Source: Ancylonema sp. (lineage: Eukaryota). Taken from it: DNA of 64,000 nucleotides. The DNA lies in contig JBFLGF010000025.1 of the NCBI GenBank assembly GCA_050230475.1, forward strand, positions 1 to 64,000, given 5' to 3'. The translations under genes and the position numbers were made by a program. Within the stretch, counting starts at the first letter, position 1; each line of letters starts with the position of its first letter. The notes below the pieces were generated by a model. The model was not told where the DNA came from and made no database searches. It was given only the letters and a program-made list of their open reading frames with translations. This document shows positions 1 to 12,700 of the stretch, in pieces.

Positions 1-565
1 TATATATATGTTTATTTTAATAATTTAATAATTTCTTTCTTTTTTGTCTTTTCCCTTTTCTTCCTTTTCTTCTTCTCTTTTGCTAATGATGGAGAGGAAG
101 ACTAACTTTGTAATACAATCCTTTCCTCCCTCCCTTTGCCAAGAGTACTGTTGTAATCTTGATAGAGGGTAGAAAAACATACCAGATACGAATATACTAA
201 CAGAAGCATGATGGGGGGGAAAATAAAACTGGCTTCCTGCAGGACTTCTAAGTCTATCGACTACATAGATACTGTTGTTTACAGCTACACATATATGTTT
301 TCTATGAACAAGCGCTTCTGCCATTTGGTGATTTCAGCATATGCATACAACATGCACATTAGTGCGATATAGAGGAGAATGTAACATACAGAACACCTGA
401 GCCACCGTACTCATGCAGGCATATATAAAAACAATAGGGAAAAAAAAACAGTCACACTGAAATACCTCACGGGTAGTTCAATACAACGGGTGTATGAATC
501 TTGTTTCCACAGGGTGAACATGAATGCTCCGTCAAATAAAATATCGATTGTTTGCGAAATGTTAC

Positions 566-880
566 CTCTAATTTATCCGAATCTTCCACCGACCAATCCC
601 CGTATACGCCTTTGTAGACAGGAGGGGGCGCGTCATTAGTTGCTGAGCACTTCACGCTCACATCTTGACATCTGTCAACGCCCCGGAGGTCACGGCGCCA
701 ATTTCGGGGAAGGGGGAGAGGTCTGTAAGAAAGTGCACTTCGCATTCTCGAAACGGGGGCGGGAATAAAGCTGCTTTTTAATCCGGGTATGCGGCTGCGG
801 CCACGTATATGTGGTGGTTGTCCTTCTTCGAAATGTACGGATGCTGACGAAGACAGTTCTGAGCGGAAAGCCAGGGCCAT
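566..880 (-). CDS. First coding exon of a plastid-targeted DUF2301-like integral membrane protein (rest of gene not found in the window, probably left of it)
   Basis: ATG at 880 and an S/R/P-rich transit-peptide-like N-terminus ending VKCSA. It is followed by VYKGVYGDWSVEDSDKLE, which I recall as resembling the plant DUF2301 N-terminus (VYxGxYGxWxV..D..EV). GAG|GTAAC donor at 565-564. Confidence 0.6.
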
Positions 881-902
881 GGCGGGTAATCAACCGGCTA
901 CG

Positions 903-936
903 CCACGTGGATTGACTGGTCACAGGATCTCACGTG
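903..936. promoter_or_regulatory. Two G-box motifs in the short divergent intergenic region
   Basis: CCACGTGG at 903-910 and CACGTG at 931-936, between head-to-head ATGs at 880 (-) and 1391 (+). Function inferred only. Confidence 0.3.
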
Positions 937-1390
937 ACTGCAGTGGAGAGCCTTCCAGTTGAAAGAAGTTGTGGCCGGGTAACCGGACCAAACTTCATTC
1001 CGGCTCTGGTGATTGCCCAACCCTCGATACAACGTCTATCTCTATATTTCGGCCATTTTCCCCGTCTTTATCATGATCCGGTTTACCGGCGGTTCCAGTT
1101 CCGGTCCGACTGCTCCAACTGCATGGCAATTTTGTGGCAGGAAGTGATAGCAGCGTCGACTGTCTCCACTGCGGCAATGACTGGGCTGGAATTTAGGATG
1201 CAAGAGAAATAAGTAGAGCGGATCATAGGAGTCATAGGTTTATTCTTCTCTGGAATCAGGTCAAGTACAAAGAAAAACGAATAATGTGATGTTTTTTAAG
1301 CTCTTGCTTTGCTGGCTGAGAGACTTCTGATAAAGATACTCTGTTTCACGCACACCACGAGCTGAATTATAGGCTTCTATAACCAGTAAC

Positions 1391-1747
1391 ATGGGTGGCG
1401 AAGCCAGGGGTGCGAAGTTCACCGACAATTCATCCCAGGCCAAACAAACGAAATCTCCCACGGAGCCGGCTTCCGGTATCAAGTCTCCTCCTGGATACAA
1501 GCACCTAAAGTTTCCTAATCCCCCGGAGACCACCATTCCTGATCCAGCTTCCCTGGCAGAGCAATGGCAGTACGCCAAGCGCACCTACGGCAAATACTAT
1601 TCGTATGCTTGGGGGAGCGCCATCTTAGCTGGCGCAACATTCTACGCCCTAGGCTGGTTCATCAAGGGCGAGGACCCGCTGTTTGGGAAAAAAAGTGTTG
1701 CTGACACCAGAAGCACCAATGATAGCTCGCATGATACGACGAAGTAG
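1391..1747 (+). CDS. Small conserved plant single-pass membrane protein of unknown function (118 aa)
   Basis: Intact ATG-TAG ORF. The segment PNPP..PDPASLAEQWQYAKRTYGKYYSYAWGSAILAGATFYALGWFIKGEDPL matches my recollection of a conserved land-plant uncharacterised family. One hydrophobic helix. Confidence 0.75.
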   Translation: MGGEARGAKFTDNSSQAKQTKSPTEPASGIKSPPGYKHLKFPNPPETTIPDPASLAEQWQYAKRTYGKYYSYAWGSAILAGATFYALGWFIKGEDPLFGKKSVADTRSTNDSSHDTTK

Positions 1748-3784
1748 AAGGGCATGTGATGGACGCTATGTGTTTCGGTACAGTATAAATAATGAAGGGG
1801 CCGGGAGTGAGGACGAGTTTGGGGGTAAGGGGAAGGGCAGGGATGAGGAATTGAAGCGCAGTAGTGGTTGAAACCATTGACGGACAAGCATGACCTCAAT
1901 TGTTGGATGTATACTCTGAAATGTTTGTTGAGGTGTTGAAAAGCGAGTGCAAACCTCTTAGTCGTTTATTTCTTGCTCAATGGTTTTAGAATCCGGTATA
2001 GTTTGTAGGCCCAAAGTATTTCCGACCTTAGCAACATCTTTACAAATAAATTTTGATGTTGGTAACTCATATCTTCCAATTTATACTATCACAAAATGAT
2101 TTTATATTGGTGTTGATATGTTGATGTTACTTCCCCTCTAGAGTGTACTCAATAGAGGTGTCAATATTTAGTAGGTGTCAATATTATCGCGAACTTCATC
2201 AATTGAAACTTTTGTATGCTCAAAGCACTGAAAAAATACCTACAATAATCCATGGCCAATCTTATATTAAACTGCTTCGATGGAATTCTGCCTCGTCATG
2301 GACATGTTACCCAATATCACCAATACTGCACGTGCTTGTCTCGTTTGACGGACTAGAAGGAATATTCTACATAGACACTCTGAAAGTCATCATGAAGGTT
2401 GGTTGTGGGTTGTTTCTGCACTTCCCCTTCACGTGAAGCACCCGTTTTTTTTATCATGTTGATAATCGAGGCTATATGCAGGTGGAAGCTGGTAACGGTG
2501 GAAATACAACACAACAAATAAAACGAGGATCGAACACAAGAAAAAATGTAAGATAATGTGGAAGTACCTCAAGGTACCGTGATCGTGTAGGACATATTCC
2601 AACAAATGTTTGCATATCATTAGAACAAGTATTCTCTTCATTTTCATCGTTTTATTGACAACGCACGAGCTAGTTAGCAAGTAAAAAACAATGAGCACAC
2701 TGATGTCCCTTGAGATCGATACGTTTTGTGGCCATTTCAAATTAGACAAGGAAAAATGAAACCACTTACTCTATGAACCGCAACAAGATGTATATCCAAA
2801 ATAACATGTTCTAAACATGGGGGCGATCACGTAACATATATCACTGATATGCAACAATAGTGGTTTAAATCCGATTTTGTGAGCAACTTGGAACCAAGCC
2901 CAAAGTTGGAAGTCCCGGTATAACAATTTGTAGTAGGCTAGCCCCATGCTTTTGGAAAAAAAATGGTGATCACAACGAACACTGCAGTCAATTGACAAAC
3001 AAACCCCATACTTAACCATCGAGCCAACATCTTATGACGATGTAGAGTCGCATGCATCACATATGCCACCTTCCTTGACTCACGAGTCAGTTATGGCAAG
3101 GACGTAGTTGCACGGACCAGCATTGTTTCAATTTTGTATCGCGGGTCGATCGGGTCCGAAATTGGGACCACATCGGGCACCAATGTAGCCAGGCTCGAAA
3201 AATCCGCGAGCGGAGCGAGACCCACAAAATCCGCGAGCGGAGCGAGACCCACAGGAAAAAAACAAAAAAATAATTAAATGGTAGCCCCGTCCCCCGCTAA
3301 GCTGTGGACTATCATCCTTGAGTAGCACTGTTTCATTACACTTTGTATTCCGTCATTATCCCGTCACCGTTCGCAATTCCCCCTCGTCGTTTGCAAGCTA
3401 TAGTTCTGTTTTTTTTGGGTTTTTCGGCCAAAAAAAACCCAATCGGTCCAATCACCTAGTCCAATTACTTCGGGTACGGAATTCTAGGACTACGAAACTG
3501 GAGATTGAGTTTGTTGTTTCGTCCCCCTCCCTTCAATGCATATTCATGATCTACAATGATCCCCTCAAGAGATGTTATTTCGTGACAACGGTATTTTACT
3601 TTTAGTACGTAAAAAAGCTCGGTCAAGTTTGGTCTCATCACAAAATCACATCAAAACCACTTTGGTCCACCCGCATTGCAATGGAATTCTTATTCGCATA
3701 AGCGTGTGGAGTGCCATTGAATCTCAAATAAAGCGATTATGACACAACTTGCTAATCCCATGTCCAACTCTTCGAAGTCCAATA

Positions 3785-4021
3785 CCGTAGTGGCCATACA
3801 TAGTGACCCGGGTTTTGGAAAAGGAATTAATTTAGCCAAGAAACAAACACTTGACCCAACCCACGCACCCAATATAAAATTTCCCAAAATCCTGAAAAAT
3901 ATTTATTATCTGGTGACCCACATTATGGAATGACCCACTTTATCAAAAAACGATTTATTTAATTTAACCCGACCCACCCTTTTCATAATCATTTGAGGGT
4001 CATTATGTGTGGCCAGTCCGG
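3785..4021. mobile_element. Tc1/mariner-type MITE (family A), 237 bp
   Basis: Left end CCGTAGTGGCCATACATAGTGACC. The right end reverse-complements to CCGGACTGGCCACACATAATGACC. TA flanks both sides (3783-84, 4022-23). A related copy lies at 23801-25303. Confidence 0.75.
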
Positions 4022-4731
4022 TAATTCATATTGATTCGTCACTTCGATGTTGGCATATTGCAACGGGAAATGTGTATTAAGGTCAACGTGTTGCAACCCA
4101 AACTTCACACCTCTTACATGCAACTCCGTGAAATGTCCAAGACATTCCCCATCTCTCCGAATACGTGGTTACCGGTTTCCACATTTTCGGGATGGGCCAA
4201 TATGGTGGCCTATATCATAAATGGGAGCCCAAACCATTCAACAAAAAAAAATGGAAGCACAAAAACGAACTTTGTCGACAAAATCCGACACCTTGTCTCG
4301 AAGGTTCAATCAAAAGTAAGTCATTTTATGAAAGACCTTTTAGAAAATCCTTAAAAGCCTACTCATGTACTGGACGTAACCGGAATCCTGTAAAAAAATC
4401 TAGGTCAAAAAAGTAGAAGCCAGCCAAAGGTGATGAGCACTAGCCACAACACCTTGTCAAGTTAACATTCGATTGACAAAAAGCCAATCCGAGTCTCTTC
4501 AACTCCCCGAAATTCGAAAAAAAATAATCTCCTCCACCCTCCAAAACAACCACCTCCCACCCTCCTGCTCCTCCGCCTCCTCCCCCCACCGTCACCGGAA
4601 GCGTCAAAAACTCACACCTCAAACCCTTCCCCCACCCCGACCCCCCTCCCCCACCCCCCCCATCGCCCCCCCCCCCATTCACCCCCTCTACTCCCACCCC
4701 CCCTGCCTGCCCCTCCCACCCCAAAAACCCT

Positions 4732-7305
4732 CTACGAGCTATGCTTCGCCTGAAACTCCTTCATATGCGCCACCAATTTCTCCACCCCCTCCAACGGCAT
4801 TGCGTTATAGATGGACGCCCTCACCCCCCCCACCGACCGGTGGCCCTTGAGCTGCACCATGCCAACCGCAGAGGCCTCCTTGATGAATTGCGCCTCCAGC
4901 TCGGGGGTGGGCATGGTGAAGGGGACGTTCATGAGGGAGCGCACACCAGGGGCTAGGGGGCAGCTGTAGAAACCGTTGCTGTCGTCAATGGCCTGGGGGG
5001 GGGGGGGTGGAGGGGGGGAGGGTGAGGTTGGGGGTTGGGAAGTTGAAGGTGGGGAGGCAAAGCTTTGTTTGCTGAGCACTGTTGACAGGTGCCAATAAGT
5101 ATTGGTTGGGGATGTGTTTTGGTTTCTGTATGAAAGGTGTGACTGTGTAGAGGGTAGAGGATGATATGAGTTTCCTGCTTGCACTACTCGCACAGTAGTG
5201 CCTTTATGGAGGGTGTGCCTATGCACAGGGGTGCTGAAATACTGAGGGATACTGTACGAAACAGAGCCTGTGGCGAGCAAAAGGCAGCCAACCCCTTCCC
5301 ACCCCGACCCCCAACCCCCAACCTCGATTTGCAGCACCAGATGTGCAAATAATAAAGACTGTCTTGGGACCATTTTAATGCACATGTCAAATCAAGGCAT
5401 CCAAGATGTTGGATAAAGGCAAAACCCTTGACTCTTCCCCCCCCCTCACCTTGTACAGCAACCCCGCCTTCTCCTCGTTCTTCTTCTTCACCTCCCCCAG
5501 CCCCCCCTGTTGAAGCAAATTCGCAAAGACCAGCCCGCAGATGTAGATGGGGAAGCAAGGGGGGGTGTTATACAGAGACTCGTTCTCCGCGTGGGTCGCA
5601 TAGTCCAGCATGACAGGTGTCGACGCCTGGGCCTTCCCCAGGAGATCCTTTTGCACAATCACAATCGTCACGCCCGAGGGGCCGACGTTCTTCTGGGCTC
5701 CTGCGTAGATGAGCCCGAATTTGGACACGTCCACGGGTTTGGAGCAGAAGTTGGAAGACATGTCCGCCACTAGGAGGGGTCCATCTGGCCCGAAATCGGG
5801 ATACTCTTTAAACTCCACCCCCCCGATCGTCTCGTTTGCGCAGATGTGGACGTATTTCGCCCCCGGCGTGAGCTGCCACGTGTCCAAGGCAGGGATGTCG
5901 GTGTACTTCCCCGCCTTCCCACTGGCTGCCACGTGGACGTTGCAGTACTTCTTCCCCTCCTTCACCGCTTTGTCGCCCCAGGATCCGGTTACAACGAAAT
6001 CGGCCGTATCTTCGGGGGTGCAGAGGTTTAGGGGTACGGATGCGAACTGGGTGGTGGCTCCGCCCTGGAGGAAGAGTACGGAATAGGACTCGGGGATGCT
6101 GAGGAGCGTACGGAGATCCGCCTCTGCTTTGCGGATAACCGACAGGAACTCCTTGCTGCGGTGACTCATCTCCATCACGCTCATACCGCTGGCAGGGGGC
6201 GGGTGGGGGGGGGGTGGGGGGTTGGGGGGTTGGGGGTGGGGTGGGGGATGGGGGGAAGGAGAAGGAGGGGTCAGTATCGAGATTTGCGTTGGGAGTGAAG
6301 GATAGGATCGCCTGAGTAGAACAGGGGTCCGTTCTTATCATTATTTTTACAGGTTAGTGGTTATCGGTTACAGGACCACATTTTGCTCATAATCCAGATA
6401 CGGAAGTTATACTAGATAGCTATCTTTTTTCCCTTCTCATCATATACAGGCCAAAAACAAATGGGCCACTGAAAATAACGTGATAACGAGACACTTATGC
6501 TTCTGTTGTGACAGTCTAGATTAATAATGTTTTAAAAAAACCCAGATTTGTAAGACTGTCTCTGAAAAAAATCATGATTTAATATTGGACGTCAAAATAA
6601 TCCGGCATCGTGAGTTTAATACGCAGTAGGCTTTGAAGTACAGGGCGGGGGGGGGGGCGGGGACTCGTTTTGATATTTTCACTTTCGGTCTGTGGCGGAC
6701 AAGCACGAAATATATGAGGTCTATTAAAGAGCATGAAAACCAATCAGGTTAACGCTCGCTGTGTGTGACCAGTACGAACATTTTTGAAGTGCAAAAAAGT
6801 AAATGAAATGTTCCTGCCAAACATCTACCAGTTTGCAGAGATCAGCCGTGGTACAAAGTGGTGCAACATTCTACAAAATGATATCGTTTGTTCTTCTGCA
6901 AAGTTTCGGTTTTGGATCTGGTACGTGTCTTCTCCCATGATTTGTATCCTCGTCGCGAATGCGCCATGTTCGCGGTACTAACCTTCCTTGCCAGTTGACC
7001 AGATCCGCCTGCGCGTGCTTAAGCACACTGACAGGTAATGTCGCTGGACCGGCCGCGAAGTTGAAGATTCGTCCTTCAGCATCTGTGGACTGTACTTTTG
7101 GCGGCGCAGGGGCTGTGGCCGTGCATCGAATGGACAGAGATGACCGGCTGACACTATTTTTACTCGTTGAAGAAGTCTTCAGAGTCTGCCCCCTGAATGC
7201 AGAAGAGGCTTCAAATCTTCTGCTGGTAGACGCTTGCTCAGTTTGACGGCTAACGCGGGCAACATCGAGAAGGCCAGTTAGATCGGCGGCAATAAACGTG
7301 GCCAT
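4732..7305 (-). CDS. serC: Phosphoserine aminotransferase, plastid-targeted; exons 7305-6983, 6188-5450, 4992-4732
   Basis: Motifs [63 protein letters not shown] (PLP lysine), [13 protein letters not shown] and [21 protein letters not shown] introns splice in frame. Transit peptide in exon 1. Confidence 0.95.
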
Positions 7306-9798
7306 GAGTACAATCGGTGGCTTCAGAAGAACTACGGATAAGTGTTCGATTCCAGTGAAGTACGTCGAGTAGATCTGTCGTAACAAGTTCTGAGTGACAG
7401 CAGCCGATGTTGGCAGCGGAGGAGACCCGGCAAGAAGGAGGAGATTTTGAACTTTCGTAAGTAGCTTTTTCGTAAGTGGAAACCGCACCGGTTATCGTAC
7501 CCGGAAAAATTCAGTGACGCCTGGATAGAGTCACATCTTTTTAACAGTTTCCACCTCGATATTCTCACCCTCGATATAGTTACTCCTTCGATCGAATGAC
7601 TTCAAAAAACTGCCCGCGTTCTACTAATGTGCTAAGGTACTCTCGTTATAGTATAGTGACATGAGTTGTAGTAACAAAACAAAAATCTGATTTTACCAAT
7701 GACAGGTGCCTGTATAAATTCAAATATGTGTTTCAGGGGTGTTCTACGTTTTGTATCAAAAAATACAAGTTTTTTTTTAGGGTAAAGGTCGAAATCCGTT
7801 TTAGAGATACCTTTATCCGTTTAGCTAATGGAACCTTCAAGAACTTACAAGCGTTGCCTGCAACACACCTCCTCCGTACATGTGGCTGGGAGCGTGGTAG
7901 TCTTTGTGTGTCTTGTAGATTAGCATGTGTGCCTTAGTATGCCAAGTTCTACATCTTTTGTTGGGGGGTGATTGGAATTATAGAAGAGGTGAAATCGGCT
8001 TATTTCATGCAATGTACTGAGTGTTGTTAAGGGGACGAAGGTTATCACTTTTTTATTTCACTATTCATTATAATATGCAATCTGGGTCGTTCCTCGTAAT
8101 TGTTGCCGAGCATCAATTGTGTCAATGTTGTGTACATTTATATCAAGTATGCTACATCTCCACACAAAGTCTACAAATTCACGAATTCACTAATTATATT
8201 TCTTCATGGCGATCTACAACCCCCATACGGCTTTGAAAAATACTTTCAAAACAAGTTGGGTACAAAAATATAACGACAACATGCTAATTCCACTTGTACA
8301 AGGTGAAATTTTGAAGTGTATTCATAAAGTACATGCCAGAGCTAATCCAAGTTTTTTGACTCAGATATTTTCTTCCACTATTTAGAACGTAGTACAACAA
8401 GAATTTGAAGCGTGCCATTCGAATCGAACTCTAAATTTCGAGGATTCGCACAATCCCTGGTTATATCCTTGGAGATATCCGATAATCTTGTACTGAGTAA
8501 ACATCACTGAAAAGTGTGTAGTGACAATCCGATATTGTGACCCGACATTCCGACGCAAAAATGTCACATGCCGAGGTGAAACTGTACAAAAGTCACTCGC
8601 TATAACAGATCGCAGTTTCACTCGGGTAAACCCCTGCCAAAACTAGTCAAAGAATCATAAGTAAGCACAATGGGAACCCCATTTATATACAAGGAATGTA
8701 ATTCAAACACGTGAAAACACATCTTAGGGCAAGCAGTGAAACGTCTAGTTTTCGCTAACTCTAGGAGAACCAATTTAACACACACGTATTTCCACCGACG
8801 CGCGTGCGGGCAAGCAGGCCAAAGCTAGTATTTTGAGCGAATAGTTTGTTATGACAATATTTCACACAGCGAGGCTTGAGTTTAGAATCGTCCCGCTTTG
8901 TAGGCACACTTTTGGTTGCCAATACGGAGGTTGCGCCTTCACACCGAGTATGCACATTTACAGTAGGGCGCAAAAAGATATAGGCCAATATGGAAGGAAT
9001 GTTGATAGACTATGAGAGAGTAAACATAAATTCTACCAATTCGTTATCAAATTGGTCGCCTCTTAAGGCGCCCAATTTTTATGATAACCGTCTTATTTTC
9101 CAAAATCGATACAAAGGTGTCCTTAGTGCCACCCACAGATAAAGACAACGGTTCCTTAATCTCGGATAATGAAACCTATGACATTTTCAAATGATCGGAG
9201 TTGTGAAGGACTTTTTCTTCAGATGTTTACCCTGTCGCCCCGAGATACATAAGAGAGAGATCATATATTACCCTGACATCACATATCTCTTAAATAATTA
9301 ACCACTCATATATTGCAATAATATTAGAAGGTTGGACTTATTATGACAATGAGAGATAACGGTAAGATTACATCAAATATTACTAGGCTTGTACATACGC
9401 ACGTTACTACAGGCACCGAGCCCTCTGAGTGAACTTTAGTGCGGACACTGTGGTGTTTGGACATAAGGAAGTGATGTACGTTAAAACGAGAGGAGGCTTG
9501 AGGGTGTCTAGACACCAAGAGCGTTACGAAGGCAACCTGTACTATGCCCTCCTGAACCCTTGTTACCGACACATTCCTTCCGACCATGTTCCCATCCCAT
9601 CACGGTTGCAAACACACATCACACTCGGGGGTAAAAGGAAAAAAGACGGAGACGTAAAATCGGAGTCCTTGCTAGGCATAACAAGGGTCTATCTACGACT
9701 TATCTAACTTCTATCTAGGGCCTATCTAGGGTCTACCTAGGGTCTAGCAAGGGTTCATCGAGGGTCTAACTTGAACTGAACCACATTTCCGAACGGAA

Positions 9799-12700
9799 CT
9801 AGTCCCTCTCTAAGTCCCTCGCCACGTCTTCCTCATCCATCCTCCCCTTGATCCCCTCCAAAGTCTTCGCCACCAACCCGACGTCCACGTCGATGCTCGT
9901 GTGCTTCGTCCCGTTCCCCATCACCAAATAGAAGGACAGCTCGCACACCTCCGCCAGGTGATGGAAACACGCGTTCTCGTACGAACGCGGACGGATCTCG
10001 AACACGTGGGTGTCGAACGGCATGAAGACCATGTTCACACACAGAGCGCCGTGGGGGCTGACGAAGAGGCGTGCGCGGTTGAACAGGGCCTTGGCTGCCG
10101 CGGATCCGTTACGGGATCCGAAACGAATCCGATACGAAATCCGGTACGAATCCGAGACGAGTTCGATGCGGGATTCGATACGAAGCGGACACGGATCGGA
10201 TCCAATGCGAGGATTGGGGAAAGGAAAACGGGAAGAAGGTGGGAGTGAGAACTGTGTTTCTGTGTCTCTAGTGTACATCAAGACTTGCAACGAACACGAT
10301 TTAGTTTTGGGAGGATAAATGTGATGGGAGGAAGGGGGGGAGGGGGAGACCGCATCGTTGGACAAATCATGACATAGCACGTGTCACACCCGTAGTTCTA
10401 CTTCACACGCTTGGACGAGCTAAGTAACGTGTATCCAATCAAGTAAGGACCTTTTGTTGTGTCATCGCATGGAAATCCCCCTCCCAATTTCAGGGCCTAT
10501 TCAATGTTTTTGCTAGACAAATACCGAGCGGCACGTGCGACGGACCACCCACACCCCAACGTTTCCCAACCTCGACATTCCTCATTCCGTACCTTCTAAA
10601 ATCCCGATTTCCCCGTCGAATATTTTCACACGCTGCGAAGGGAAGAGACCCCGAATCGCTTCCTCGATCGCATCCGACTGAACGATCCCCCGTTCCCCGT
10701 ATCTTTTCCCGAGAATCACGACCCAGTCATCCGGGTACCCGTTTTGGTCGGCTGCCACGTGTTTGGGTTCGCGGATCGTCCAGTCGGGATTGAGGATGGG
10801 GATTCCGTCCGGCGGTATGAAGTGGTTTTTTCTTAACACGTGCCAAAGCGGCTTGCTTGGGTGACCGCAACTCTGCTTCTGAGGCTGCGCGGGGGGGGGG
10901 GCAAGTGGGATGTAGTCACAACTCGGTAAAGGCACCCTTTCTATGGACACACCCTTGAGAAAGTCACAAAGGTTTTGGCGATTTGATTTGGGGAATGTGC
11001 TTATCACCCCTTGTCTTCGTTTAAACCAAATGTAAAAGCAATAGGGAAATACCTCCAGGCGAATTGTGCCACATTTTTCATAGTCACACTATTTATAGTC
11101 ACACTTTTTATAGGGATATTTGATGGTCTGGTGAATATGGTTTCATGGTTGACCTTGTCCCCTTCAAAATCAATAGTTGTGCAAGATATTAACTATGATA
11201 TGGTCATTCAACTCATAAAGGATAAATACTACAAGCATTGCTTACCATAGATGTCGCTTGAAATTTGCAGAGAGCATACACATTGCGTACGATAAAAACA
11301 ACTAGAGGACATATACAAATGTACATTACAAACATCACAAATATCACAACTAGAATGTACAACCTAACAACCCAGACAATATGTAAAGCCCATCAGTCAT
11401 GCATTTAAAAGTAAAACTACACCCAGGAAAAATAAATAAATGACACACGGCCGGGGGTAAGAGCTTACCACATACACTTGATTGCCGAAAAACAGTTCGT
11501 TGCTCCTCACTCCATATCCGTTATATTCCTCTTGTGTCAAACCCACAAGCAACTGCCCTAACGGTTCATACAACTCCTCCTGAAACCCGCCACAAATCCG
11601 TACAGATCCGTACAGATCCGTACAAATCCATAGAAAGTCAGAGAGAGTAATGGAAAATTAAAAAAAGTCGTATACATCCGTATAGACCCTCTTGGAACCC
11701 GCCACACATCCATACACATCTTTAGTAAGTCGTACACATACGTGTACATCCGTTCGGATCCTCACATATTCGTACAAACCGGTACACATCCGTACGAATT
11801 CGTACACACCGGTACACACCCGTGCAAATCCGTACAGATCCGTACAAATCCACCCCAAATCATTCTGGTGCCAAATTTGCAATCGTGTGTTTGCACCAAG
11901 ATCAGGTTTCAAACTAGATGATTAATTAGAGGCCCATTAGTTGTTTCCTCAAGTTCTTCATGTTATTTTGATCATTTGAGAGTAATCATGCAAAGTAAAA
12001 CCCGTTTGAAGAAATAATGTCTCAAGGAATATAATTTTCCGGTGTCATAACCGGAGCGACGGAGAAATCCACTATCCACGTGAATAATCTGTGCAAAGGA
12101 TTATTTTTGACCGGGACCTTTTTTGAGAGTCGTGAATTGAACTGTTACGGAATTTACTGCACAAATAAATAGAGTACATTAAATTTATGATTTGTGCGAA
12201 CTATTTATGTACTGATCACTGCACAAGATGTATGTGCTCATTATAGCACAATAGATACGTATTGATGATTAAAGAATATCAATGTATCGAACAGTGCTTC
12301 AAATCAATCCGGTACTCATGTATTGATTTGTAAAACAATACACGCGACTGTTTCGAGACAAGCAGACCAAGTTCTAGTTATGGGAATTCTATTCATGGAG
12401 CTTCGCAGAGCTTGTGCGAAAGTCAACGGGATTGACTTTGTGCGAAAGTCAACGGAATTGACTTTGTGCGACAGTCAAGCGGATTGACTTTGTGCGTATT
12501 TCGCCCGCCTCACTCTCATCACTTGTTGAGGTCTCGTTGTAAGGTCGTACATGAAGGTCACTATGAAGAATAGAAAGATCTTTGTGCATATGTGCACGCT
12601 CACCCAAAATGATATTTCGAAATAATGCCACCATGATAGCAAAAGAGAGGAGTTGTTTCTACTTGCCTCTGTAACAGGTGTACCTTTATCAAGGTTGTGT

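Noticed and set aside
3197..3253. Short tandem duplications (also 9712-9768, 19729-19800, 58784-58815)
   Set aside because: Simple local slippage repeats with no evidence of function.
4440..6341. Overlapping Pro/Gly-rich ORFs around serC (and similarly 17631-21636)
   Set aside because: Shadow frames arising from G/C runs and from the antisense of GC-rich exons.
12411..12496. Palindromic repeats as a CRISPR array
   Set aside because: Units are directly adjacent with no spacers.
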